From the NCBI GenBank assembly GCA_951406725.2, contig OX597827.1:46624001-46688000 (forward strand): a stretch of 64,000 bases of DNA, given 5' to 3'. Position 1 is the first letter of the stretch. Each line of letters begins with the position of its first letter. Under the pieces are notes generated by a model that worked only from the letters and a program-made list of their open reading frames with translations, had not been told where the DNA came from and did not search any database. Positions 40,119 to 52,044 of this stretch are shown piece by piece. This DNA is from Octopus vulgaris (Eukaryota). The position numbers were made by a program, and so were the translations under genes.

Positions 40119-40625
40119 AGAGAGCATTCGGCTGGTGCTAATTTTCAGCTGAGTTCAGTGGAGCAACGTGAGAACTGACTTGCGCAAAAACACACCGCAC
40201 CACCTGGTCCAGGAACTGAACCCATGGTATTATGATCATGAGGCAGATACCATAACTACCAGGCCATAAGCCTTCACATATGATGATGATGATGATGATG
40301 ATGATCAGTGGCGGACTGGGTGTAAAAATACTGGTTGCCAGGGGACTAAGGGAGCCCCCCCCCCCGCAACTACAAGGGGGTTCACCTGCAACTACAATGC
40401 TATCACGGTGTATCATACGTCCGGTGTTGATGTGATCGCGGAGTAACCTGAGATGAAGTGTATTGTTCAAGAACACAGCGCACCACCCGGTCCAGGACTT
40501 GAAATCACGATCTCGCAATCATAAGAACAACACCCTAACCACTGGTCCATCTGCCCCCCCTCTCTCTCTCTCGCACGCACACACACAGATGCTTAGACAC
40601 ACACGTATGTATAAGCATATCAGCA

Positions 40626-40701
<76 letters not shown>

Positions 40702-40822
40702 GATCGATCTGTCTGTCTGCTTGTCTATCTATCTGTCTATATGCCTGACTGTCTGTCTGCCTGTGTCTGTCTGTCTGTCTATCTGTCTATCTGCCTGCCT
40801 GTCTGTCTGTCTCTCTGTCTAC

Positions 40823-40904
<82 letters not shown>

Positions 40905-41576
40905 GTATGTCTGCCTGTCCGTCTGCCCGTCTGTCTATTATAGTGTTCTGTCTTACTCTTTTTCTCTCTATCTCTCTCTCTCCACACACATACACACATA
41001 CACATACACACACACAGATGCACAGACACACACACACTCGCACACACACACATTCACTCACAGATTAGATACACACACACATACTCATATTTATCGTCGG
41101 AAATAGTCTCACTTTGTTGGTAAATGTTGAAGCAATTGTTTCATTTCACACGAACATTACTTGCTCACCGGAAGTTAAACATAGTAGGCGTTTCGTGATG
41201 TTTTTCTAATTTCGTGCGATACTCGCGTGATCTTGTATGGTTTTTGGGTTATATTATTTTCAGCGTAACCTAAAGCCGATCTAACATTCGTATTGAATGA
41301 AGCGAACAATCGAACAAGAAGATTAAACAGGAATACCAACCCAATTTTAGAATCCCTCTTTAAATGAAAAGGTCACTGGAATAGTAGAGCGCCGGAGTAA
41401 AAAGTGAGGGATGGGGGTTTGGTTTTGGGGTGGGGGGATATTGGGGGAAAAAGGAAATCGTCCGATATTGTATTCCTCATTGGATTTCCTTTCTAGATAT
41501 CATAATAATACAGGCGCGCTCCGACACGAACCGTTGCGGTGTTGCGCATGAGCAAGTGGCATGTATGTGCGTGCGA

Positions 41577-41617
<41 letters not shown>

Positions 41618-41870
41618 CCTATCTGTGTGTATATGTGTATGTGTGTGTGAACATATGTATATGTGTAAGTGTGCGAATGTGTGTGCGTATACACGTGGAT
41701 GTGTGTGCGTGCGTGTATATGTATTATGGATATAAATATATACATATATATACATACATGTGAACATATATATATGTCTATGTGTACATATATATATATA
41801 TATCTTACGTATATGTATATACGTATGTATTTGTATATATATCTATAACTATATCTATATCTATCTATCC

Positions 41871-41960
<90 letters not shown>

Positions 41961-42149
41961 ATATATATATATAAAGGAGTTTGTATGATTGTGTATAGAG
42001 AGATATATAACATTCAAAGGAATTCCACTCTGTCTGTTTATGTTTTATTTATATTCTTTATAATATAGAATATATAGTATAAATAGTAAAATGAAATGAA
42101 GTATTGATTGTCTTATTGAATTGATGAAATATTGAATATCAAATGTCAA

Positions 42150-42193
42150 GGGACTAGTATACTTTCTTGCATTTAAGCAGTCTTCAAGGTCCC
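42150..42193 (-). ncRNA. Hammerhead motif in the pseudo-LTR downstream of the PLE endonuclease
   Basis: Minus strand: GGGAC CTTGAAGA cTGC ttaaat GCAa GAAA GTATAC TA GTCCC. Perfect stem I, palindromic stem III, one extra T in the core. Confidence 0.78.
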
Positions 42194-42418
42194 AGGATGT
42201 GACAGAAATGTTTCAACTGTAGTTGACAAGCTGTCTTTTGTTCTTTATATACGTTCCTGTGTATAGCAGTAGGAGCTGTTTGGCTATTTTTAGAAATGAT
42301 GCCAAACCATTTTTCAATGTTTATTTTTAGAAATGATGACAGCCGTACTTTTTTTAGAAATTTTTTGTGTTTTAGTTATAGGGATAAGATTTTAAAACCC
42401 CAAATAAGATTAATTTAA

Positions 42419-42830
42419 TCATTGTATGTTAAGCTTGGGTTTGAATTTCTTGTCTCTCAGTTTTCTCTCAATTTTATTCAGGTTGTAAAGTTTATGAAAT
42501 AGGAATATCATAAAAGTTTTTCGATCACATGTTGCCGGATGGTTACTCAGTGGTATTTGGCGGACCTCTGGGTTTTTAATTTGTTGTTGATGCACACGCG
42601 AGCGTTCTGATAGTGCATTGCCTGTCTGGTCAACATACAGTTCTTCACAATTTGGGCATTTGATGCAGTAGATTTAATTTTTGCTTTTTGCAGTTCATGT
42701 TCGCGTTTGTGAATATTTTCCCTGTTTTTGTGTTCATATATGGGCCGGTATGAATTGTCATGTACCGCATCGGCTATCATTGCATTTAGATACATTCACT
42801 GTGTCTAAATGCACAGAGAAATGTTGCACA
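42419..42830 (-). pseudogene. Penelope-like element C-terminus: zinc-knuckle linker plus GIY-YIG endonuclease (decayed)
   Basis: Manual translation, not in the ORF track: KCNDSRCGT*QFI ... KN*IYCIKCPNCEELYVDQTGNALSERSRVHQQQIKNPEVRQIPLSNH...FKPKLN. Matches the PLE pattern IY.I.C..C...Y(I/V)GQT...R...H and the terminal P.LN. Confidence 0.85.
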
Positions 42831-42868
42831 ATTATATATGTATCTGTGTATATGTATGTACACACATA

Positions 42869-42966
42869 CGAGGGTTGTATGAAAAGTTTTGAGCCTTCAA
42901 GGCCTTGAAGTCTTGTACCTTCATTGCTTTGTTTGTTTGAGGCTCAATACTTTTCATACACCCTCG
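42869..42966. mobile_element. Tc1/mariner-type MITE (98 bp)
   Basis: TIRs CGAGGGTTGTATGAAAAGTTTTGAGCCT / AGGCTCAATACTTTTCATACACCCTCG flanked by TA. Confidence 0.8.
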
Positions 42967-43208
42967 TATATATATAAGCACTAACACGATATCGTAAAGA
43001 TAGCGTTTTAGTAGTGACAGCATTACAAATCCAACAGCTGTTTCTGGGGTGGTCCGTAATAATGTGTGTAGATTGATTGCACCATAGGACGTGACGACAT
43101 TCGGTCTTCAGGGAAGAGATCTTACATTTGAGGTGTTAAAGGAAAAAAGTTCAAAATGGGAAACATATTCATATGTTGATTTGTCCAACTTACTTTCCCT
43201 ATATTTAC

Positions 43209-43307
<99 letters not shown>

Positions 43308-43322
43308 TATATATATATTTGT

Positions 43323-43861
43323 AAAGAAGCATTGGTTATGGAACAAACATAAAATTTGTGTCAACGACTTTACATACAACAACACCCGCCAAACATTTTT
43401 TCAAGAAGTATGTGAATTTGACTTGCGAAAGTCTGTTTATTTATGAACTTTTGACATATTTGTATGAGGGAAGTAAAAGACTTCTTTCAAATATTTTTTC
43501 AAATATTAAAAAAAATTTTTTTGATTTTTGAAAAAATATTTTTATCATCTGATAAAACTTTTTTAGTCGGTGGATATTTATTTTTATTTTTATCTTTACT
43601 TATTTCATATTTGTCTCTTAGATTTTTGGGTAGTTTATGAATTTTTAGCCGTTTATATTTAACATTTTTGATAGGCCGTTCTATATGTATTTTATTCGAT
43701 TATACATTTTTACCTTCTGTGATTTTATGTATATGTATTATTTTTTATGTGTTTGTAAACCATGGTGATTTTTATATATGATTAAATGTTTGAGGGGTCG
43801 TGTTGTACGTAAAGTCGTTGACCCCATTTTTCTTTTTAGTTCTATAACTAATGCTTCTTTA
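43323..43861. repeat. Diverged fold-back element between microsatellites
   Basis: Arms ~43323-43385 (AAAGAAGCATT.GTTAT.GAAC...GTCAACGACTTTAC) and ~43795-43861 (reverse complement). Confidence 0.7.
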
Positions 43862-44104
43862 TCTCCGTCTCATTTTTATTTGAGCACTTCTTTTGCAGTC
43901 CTATAAACCCTTTTGTTTCTATTAGAAGAGACAAATATTATTTCTTGTTATATATATATATATATATATATATAACAAGTTTCCGTCTACCAAATCCACT
44001 CACAAGGCTGTGGGAGAAGACACTTGCCCAAGGTGCCACGCAGTGGGACTGAACCCGGCCACCATGTGCTTGGTAAGCAAGCTACTTACCACACAGCCAC
44101 CCTG

Positions 44105-44170
<66 letters not shown>

Positions 44171-44171
44171 A

Positions 44172-44490
44172 GACTCCGCCGGTTACGACGACGAGGGTCC
44201 CAGCTGATACGATCAACGGAACAGCCTGCTCGTGAAATTAACGTGCAAATGGCTGAGCATTCCACAGACACGTGTACCCTTAACGTAGTTCTCGGGGATA
44301 ATCAGCGTGACACAGAGAGTGACAAGGCTGACCCTTTGAAATACAAGTACAACTCATTTTTGCCAGCTGAGTGGACTGGAGCAACGTGAAATAAAGTGTC
44401 TTGCTCAAGGACACAACGCGTCGCCGGGAATCGAACTCACAACCTTACGATCATGAGCCGAATGCCCTAACCACTAAGCCACGCGCCCTC
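44172..44490 (-). mobile_element. SINE family 3
   Basis: Reverse-complement homology to 26050-26372. Confidence 0.9.
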
Positions 44491-44500
44491 ACATATATAT

Positions 44501-45102
<602 letters not shown>

Positions 45103-45733
45103 TATATAATTTCTTAGTTGAAAAGCGACACGGACAGATATATTGTGGTTTTGCAATAATTTGCTTGATTATTGTTTTCCTTCTGTTTTGTATGTTGCCA
45201 CAATCATCCTTCACTCTTTAACACGAGCCGATTTATATTACAAACATTGTGTTTCTCTCTCTATTTCTTAGTCGTGTAACTACTTCAAGAAAACATGCCA
45301 AAATAGTTCTATGTGTCCAATTAGTCTAATCAGATAATTCTTCCAATTTGTGTAATTTTTAAATATTCCTACTTTTTCATTGAGTTTGAAGTATTTTATT
45401 AGAAGTATAAATGTGCCAATCTCCTATATGTATTTCTAATTAACTTACATTTATAAATATAATATATAATATCTGCAAGCATTTTAATTACGTTTTTTAA
45501 ACTATATTTTTGATTGGAACTCGTGTCAATCGCTTTTTAGTATCTCCTCAATTATTAATCAGTTATTCTGCTTCAAACGGCTGTTTTGTGTTGCACGACA
45601 TCTCGACATTTTTACTTGTTCTTTATCTTTCCCTGTTTCTTTATTTCATTGTTGTTGCGAGTGTTATGTCATACTGATAATAAGAAAAACCCGGGAGAAA
45701 TCGAAATAGAGATAGAAATTTGTATTTCATGCA

Positions 45734-45826
<93 letters not shown>

Positions 45827-46254
45827 GACACACACATATATATGTAAATGTGTATGTACATATATCTAAAGCCAAATTTTTTGTATTAGAAGAAGCAAAA
45901 AATCAAAATCAGGATAAAGATTTGAGTCATAATGTTTCAAATAAAATGCCGTTTAAAAAAAGATTTTAGCATGCATAAAAATTGTGCAAACTAAAGCAGA
46001 AAATTTTAATGACAGAAAATAATTAAAAAGAAATATTAAAAAAGTTATACTTATTGATTAAATAGTTTCTCCACGTTTAAAAGCGTTGAAGACAGTTTTT
46101 TTAATTAGCATCGCATAAATAATATATTTTATTACAGAAAGTATCACAGATAAAGATATTGACACAAATCAATAATAAGATATGGCAGTGATATATATAT
46201 GCATTATGTCTGTATATATTTGTCTATATCAATATCTATTTCTATATATGAATA

Positions 46255-46326
<72 letters not shown>

Positions 46327-46643
46327 TATAAATACATAAACGCACACATACGTATATATTATAATGTAAAAGGTTATGTAAAAGAATTTATATGAATAAA
46401 AAAGTACTCGATGTACATATAGAGTGGAGTATGTGTATTGATATATTCACTGCTCCAGAGAAATATAAGAACACGCATACACACATAAATATATCCAAGA
46501 AAGTATACATGTATATATAAATGTATATACATATGTATATATATATGTGTATATGTAGAGAATTCAAAAAAAGCAAAAGACGAAGACAGATGGAGTAGAC
46601 AACAAACAGATGTGTTAGATTAACGTTCGGGAAGTGAAAAAGT

Positions 46644-46679
46644 CTTTAACGTTTCGAGCCTACGCTCTTCCACAGAAAG
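46644..46679 (-). ncRNA. Hammerhead-like motif with variant core CTGTGGA
   Basis: Minus strand: CTTT CTGTGGA a GAGC gtag GCTC GAAA CG TT AAAG. All stems pair. Confidence 0.62.
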
Positions 46680-46735
46680 GAACACAGAAAGACACAAAGA
46701 GAGAAAATAAAGAATGTGTAGTGGGTAGCGATCTA

Positions 46736-46807
<72 letters not shown>

Positions 46808-46822
46808 GTATGTATGTATATA

Positions 46823-46881
<59 letters not shown>

Positions 46882-46886
<5 letters not shown>

Positions 46887-47460
46887 TCAGTAATAATATA
46901 GGGTGAAATTAATTAATTTGGAATAATCATTAATTTCACCAAGTAGATTTCGGCATGTAAAAGCCTCATTCGAGGAAAGTTTAAGTAATACTAAGTAATT
47001 AAGGGTTTAGCAACGATTTGCCTCACCACACACCGAATTTAGAAATAGCAGTCAAAGAGTTATAGCTATTCTTTCTACTAAAAGGGAGATCTCAGTAAAA
47101 CCACAGCACTTGAAAGGCAAACACAGACAGGCAAGAGAGAAAGAAATGACAGCAATCTATCATACAATTTTAAATCACCTACGGACGTACGTTTCGAAAT
47201 TAAGTTTTAGGAAAGCATAAGAATTAGATAATTATGTCTTACCCAACTTCTTTTCTCATCAGCGTAGGACACTACAATTATGAATAATTGTATATTAAAT
47301 TTCGAGATACTAGAAGGCATCATCTCAACTCAGTATCAGAGCGAGCTACTGGTTTTACTGAGATCTCCTTTTAGTAGAAAGAATAGCTATAACTCTTTGA
47401 CTGCTATTTCTAAATTCGGTGTGTGGTGAGGCAAATCGTTGCTAAACCCTTAATTACTTA

Positions 47461-47463
<3 letters not shown>
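46882..47463 (-). mobile_element. ORF-less fold-back element in (TA)n carrying an intact hammerhead (PLE pseudo-LTR-like)
   Basis: ~115-bp near-perfect inverted arms 46989-47103 / 47350-47463; (TA)n on both flanks; HHR in the spacer. Confidence 0.85.
47178..47268 (-). ncRNA. Canonical type-I hammerhead ribozyme (predicted GUC cleavage after 47184)
   Basis: Minus strand: CCTACG CTGATGA GAAA-(~52 nt)-TTTC GAAA CGTACG TC CGTAGG. Perfect 6-bp stem I, all core nucleotides, G10.1-C11.1 pair, palindromic stem III ACGTACGT. Confidence 0.92.
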
Positions 47464-47524
<61 letters not shown>

Positions 47525-48022
47525 GATTTGTGTGATAAATAAGAGCTATGTCATACGAGACATCGTATGCGACATTGTGACGTACGGTGGTACGCGTGGC
47601 ACTCCTTAAATGTCAAGAGATAAATTTTAACCACAGGTTTAGAATCAGTGACCTTCTTCTACACATTTCCAATAAAAGGATACCTACAAGTAAGTACGGC
47701 AATGGATTTGAAGTTTTCCCTGATCCAAGGGATTTTTTTACACACCCTATTAAAAAAGCAATCATGCAACCCGCGCATTATGATTATATGTACACGCACG
47801 CAGGCGCGTGCGTACACACACACATTAAACATTTTAGAAGGAAAAATGTGACGGTTATTTGAAAGTTTCGGCTTGCTCCCATCGACGGTTATCACATCAC
47901 CAGTCAGTCTGAAGAAAGTGAGCACGCTAAGGATTCGAAGTCACTTTTAACTTTTTCCCTGTAAAACTTTAATAAATATGTGTTCAACTGAAAAGTATTG
48001 CGTAATTATTCAGTTTAAAACA

Positions 48023-48051
<29 letters not shown>

Positions 48052-48056
<5 letters not shown>

Positions 48057-48304
48057 TGGAGCTTTTACATGCCGAAATCTACTTTCGGTATGTAAAAGCT
48101 CCATTCAAGGAAGGTTTAAGTAATACTAAGTAATTAAGGGTTTAGCAACGATTTGCCTCACCACACACCAAATTTAGAAATAGCAGTCAAAGAGTTTTGG
48201 CTATTCTTTCTATTTAAAATAAAGTAGAAAGAATAGCCAAAACTCTTTGACTGCTATTTCTAAATTCGGTGTGTGGTGAGGCAAATCGTTGCTAAACCCT
48301 TAAT

Positions 48305-48308
<4 letters not shown>
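48052..48308. mobile_element. Second, ribozyme-less copy of the 46882-47463 family (double hairpin)
   Basis: Same arm sequence folded directly back (~48128-48212 / 48222-48308) plus a small hairpin at ~48054-48106; in (TA)n. Confidence 0.85.
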
Positions 48309-48399
<91 letters not shown>

Positions 48400-48512
48400 T
48401 GTGTGTGTTTGTGTAAGATAAAATTCAATCCGAGGTGTCTCTTGATAGTCTGCATCGGCAAGACAAAAGTTTTGTGAAAATACGACAAAAATAGTATATA
48501 TAAACTCTGTAT

Positions 48513-48544
<32 letters not shown>

Positions 48545-48798
48545 ACACACACACATATATATATACTCAAAATGAGGAGTATATAGACAGCCGACAACTG
48601 ATGAAGTGTCGTTCTTCCTGTTACTTGTCCTGTTTTCCATTTTTTCTCTCGTTGTTTGCGTATTTAGCTCGTTTGTTTTCGCACTTGACGTTGTTTACAC
48701 AGTTGGTGACATCCTGTACCCTTATATGCATATATATATAACTACATATATATACCTACAAATATATAACATATATTATTTATATTATATCTATCTAA

Positions 48799-48860
<62 letters not shown>

Positions 48861-48938
48861 CATGTGTATAGCTATGTATACGTATAAATTCGTAGACATA
48901 TATCTACGTCTCTCTCTCTCTCTCTCTCACTCTCTCTC

Positions 48939-48988
<50 letters not shown>

Positions 48989-49026
48989 CATACATATACT
49001 TTAATAAAAAAGCAGCAAAGACATCA

Positions 49027-49076
49027 CAAAAACTGTTACTCAGAGTTTCACGTTCCCGTTCGTCGCCCAGTTTTTG
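49027..49076 (-). ncRNA. Hammerhead-like motif with degenerate 5' core
   Basis: Minus strand: CAAAAACTGg GCGACGA ACG ggaa CGT GAAA CTCtGAG TA aCAGTTTTTG. All three stems are evident. Confidence 0.72.
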
Positions 49077-49175
49077 CTTACTCTGGCATATATATATATA
49101 TCATGTATATAATTCATTTAAATCTATATAGTCATATGTATACACACATTCACCCACATACCCACACGCACACAG

Positions 49176-49207
<32 letters not shown>

Positions 49208-49869
49208 GCAAAACATAGCCAGTCTCCTTGGATTCTCTTTTATCCGGCACTCCTACGTACATAAAAACATTCATACACACGCACATACATACATGCATAC
49301 TTACATCAATATCCATACACACACACACACACACACACACATACACACACATACACACACACATACACACACATACACACACACACACACATACACACAC
49401 AAACACGCACACATACAAATCATAACTATTTTATTTATTTTTAAATATATAGTTATATTTCTATATATCTCATGGCTTTCTGTAATAAAAAAATATATAT
49501 TTTTTTTGCAGCATGATAATTAAAAGCTGTCTACAATGTTTTATATTATTTTTTTTTTGTCAAAAGCGGCTGAAAACTCTTGCATAAACAGTTATAAGCT
49601 CCGAAGATATTTTTTTGAATTCGCCTTAGTCATTATAATTTCCTAGTTTGGTTAGCAAAATTTTGATATATTTCTAAATCTCTTTAAAATGACAGTTCAC
49701 GAGAAAGGAAAAAAAAAAAAAATGTCTCAAATAATTTTATTTTTTTTATCGTGAATTATTCTCTTCTTATACAAATGCGTTCAAATTTTCTGTGATATAG
49801 GGGTATTTTTTTTCAATAAATATTAAGTAAAACACAAATGTCTATACTCTGGTCTGTTCCACTCTTCCC

Positions 49870-50750
<881 letters not shown>

Positions 50751-51323
50751 AAAGTTGATAAAATGTAATGTGCGTGTGTAAGTGCTTATGAATGTACATC
50801 TGTGCCTATTTGTGTCTGTATTTATGTATGTTTTTCTATGCGTATATGTATATATATATATATATACTTACAAATATATGTGTACATAGTTATATACGTA
50901 TATATACTTACAAATATATGTGTACATAGTTATATATATGTACATATATACGCAATGTTTGCGTACTGATTTATTTATATATGTAAGTATAAATATATGT
51001 TTGTGTATCGAGAGGTAATATTTATTCTACACCAAAAACCAATATTAGAATGTCTATCGTGGTATTTACCGCAGTATAGTTTGTTCCAACAGAACACTCA
51101 CGTTCAAATGAGGAAAAAATATTACCCCTCCTTATTAATACTGCCTTTGTCACTAATAGGAATATATTTTTGTATGTTTGGGTTCGTTTTTTGCATCAGT
51201 GTGTTTATAGATATCAACACGTGAGCTTGTATATTTTGGGGTATATGTATACATATACATACATATGTAAAAACATATATATGTGTATAATATATATATA
51301 AACGTACCTACATACGTAAAAGA

Positions 51324-51370
<47 letters not shown>

Positions 51371-51394
51371 AACATAAATACACACACATATAAA

Positions 51395-51665
51395 TATAAA
51401 TATGATTAAAGAAGAAGAATAGAGAGTTGGTAAGGATATAAAACTCATTTATTAAACACACTGCCTGTATGTTGATAAATTAATTGGCAGTATGTTAATA
51501 AATTGATTTTATATCCTTACCAACTCTCAATTCTTCTTCTTTAATCATATTTATACTTACAATAATCCCATATCTATCGGAGAGATATTCGTCAACAGTG
51601 TTGGTGATTAAACCAGTGAAATTCCGAATATAATAATCCCTTATGCGGATAAGATAACCTCGCAT
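51395..51665. mobile_element. Fold-back element in (TA)n with an adjacent highly degenerate hammerhead-like motif
   Basis: Arms ~51395-51465 / 51486-51555. Minus strand 51555-51600: TTGACGA ATATCT ctccgat AGATAT GGGA ttattg TA. Confidence 0.6.
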
Positions 51666-51666
51666 T

Positions 51667-51708
<42 letters not shown>

Positions 51709-51735
51709 CACCTATTTTTTTGTGTGCACCATTAT

Positions 51736-51769
<34 letters not shown>

Positions 51770-51786
51770 GTATATATATATATATG

Positions 51787-51950
51787 GGTCAGGAGTGGCT
51801 GTGTGGTAAGTAACTTGCTTACAAACAACATGACTTCGGGTTCAGTCCCACTGCATGGCACCTTGGGCAAGTGTTTTCTACTATAGCCTCGGGCCGACCA
51901 AAGCCTTGTGAGTGGACTTTGTAGACGGAAACTGAAAGAAGCCCGTCGTA
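51787..51950 (+). mobile_element. SINE family 1, 5' half (a possible matching 3' half lies at 56125-56305)
   Basis: Head homology; followed by the microsatellite that contains LINE copy 2. Confidence 0.85.
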
Positions 51951-52005
51951 TATACATACCTATAATATATGTATATATACATACATACATACATACATAC
52001 ATACA

Positions 52006-52040
<35 letters not shown>

Positions 52041-52044
<4 letters not shown>

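Noticed and set aside
42758-42760. TGA at a conserved Cys position of the PLE zinc knuckle (possible selenocysteine)
   Set aside because: The copy has other stops, frameshifts and a G>D change in the YVGQT motif, so simple decay is more likely; no SECIS was identified. A family consensus would settle it.
47900-47965. CTGAAGA-AAGTGA..TCACTT hairpin as a hammerhead (similar weak cases at 43545, 45672 and 48440)
   Set aside because: GAAA and stem I/III are missing or too degenerate to support.
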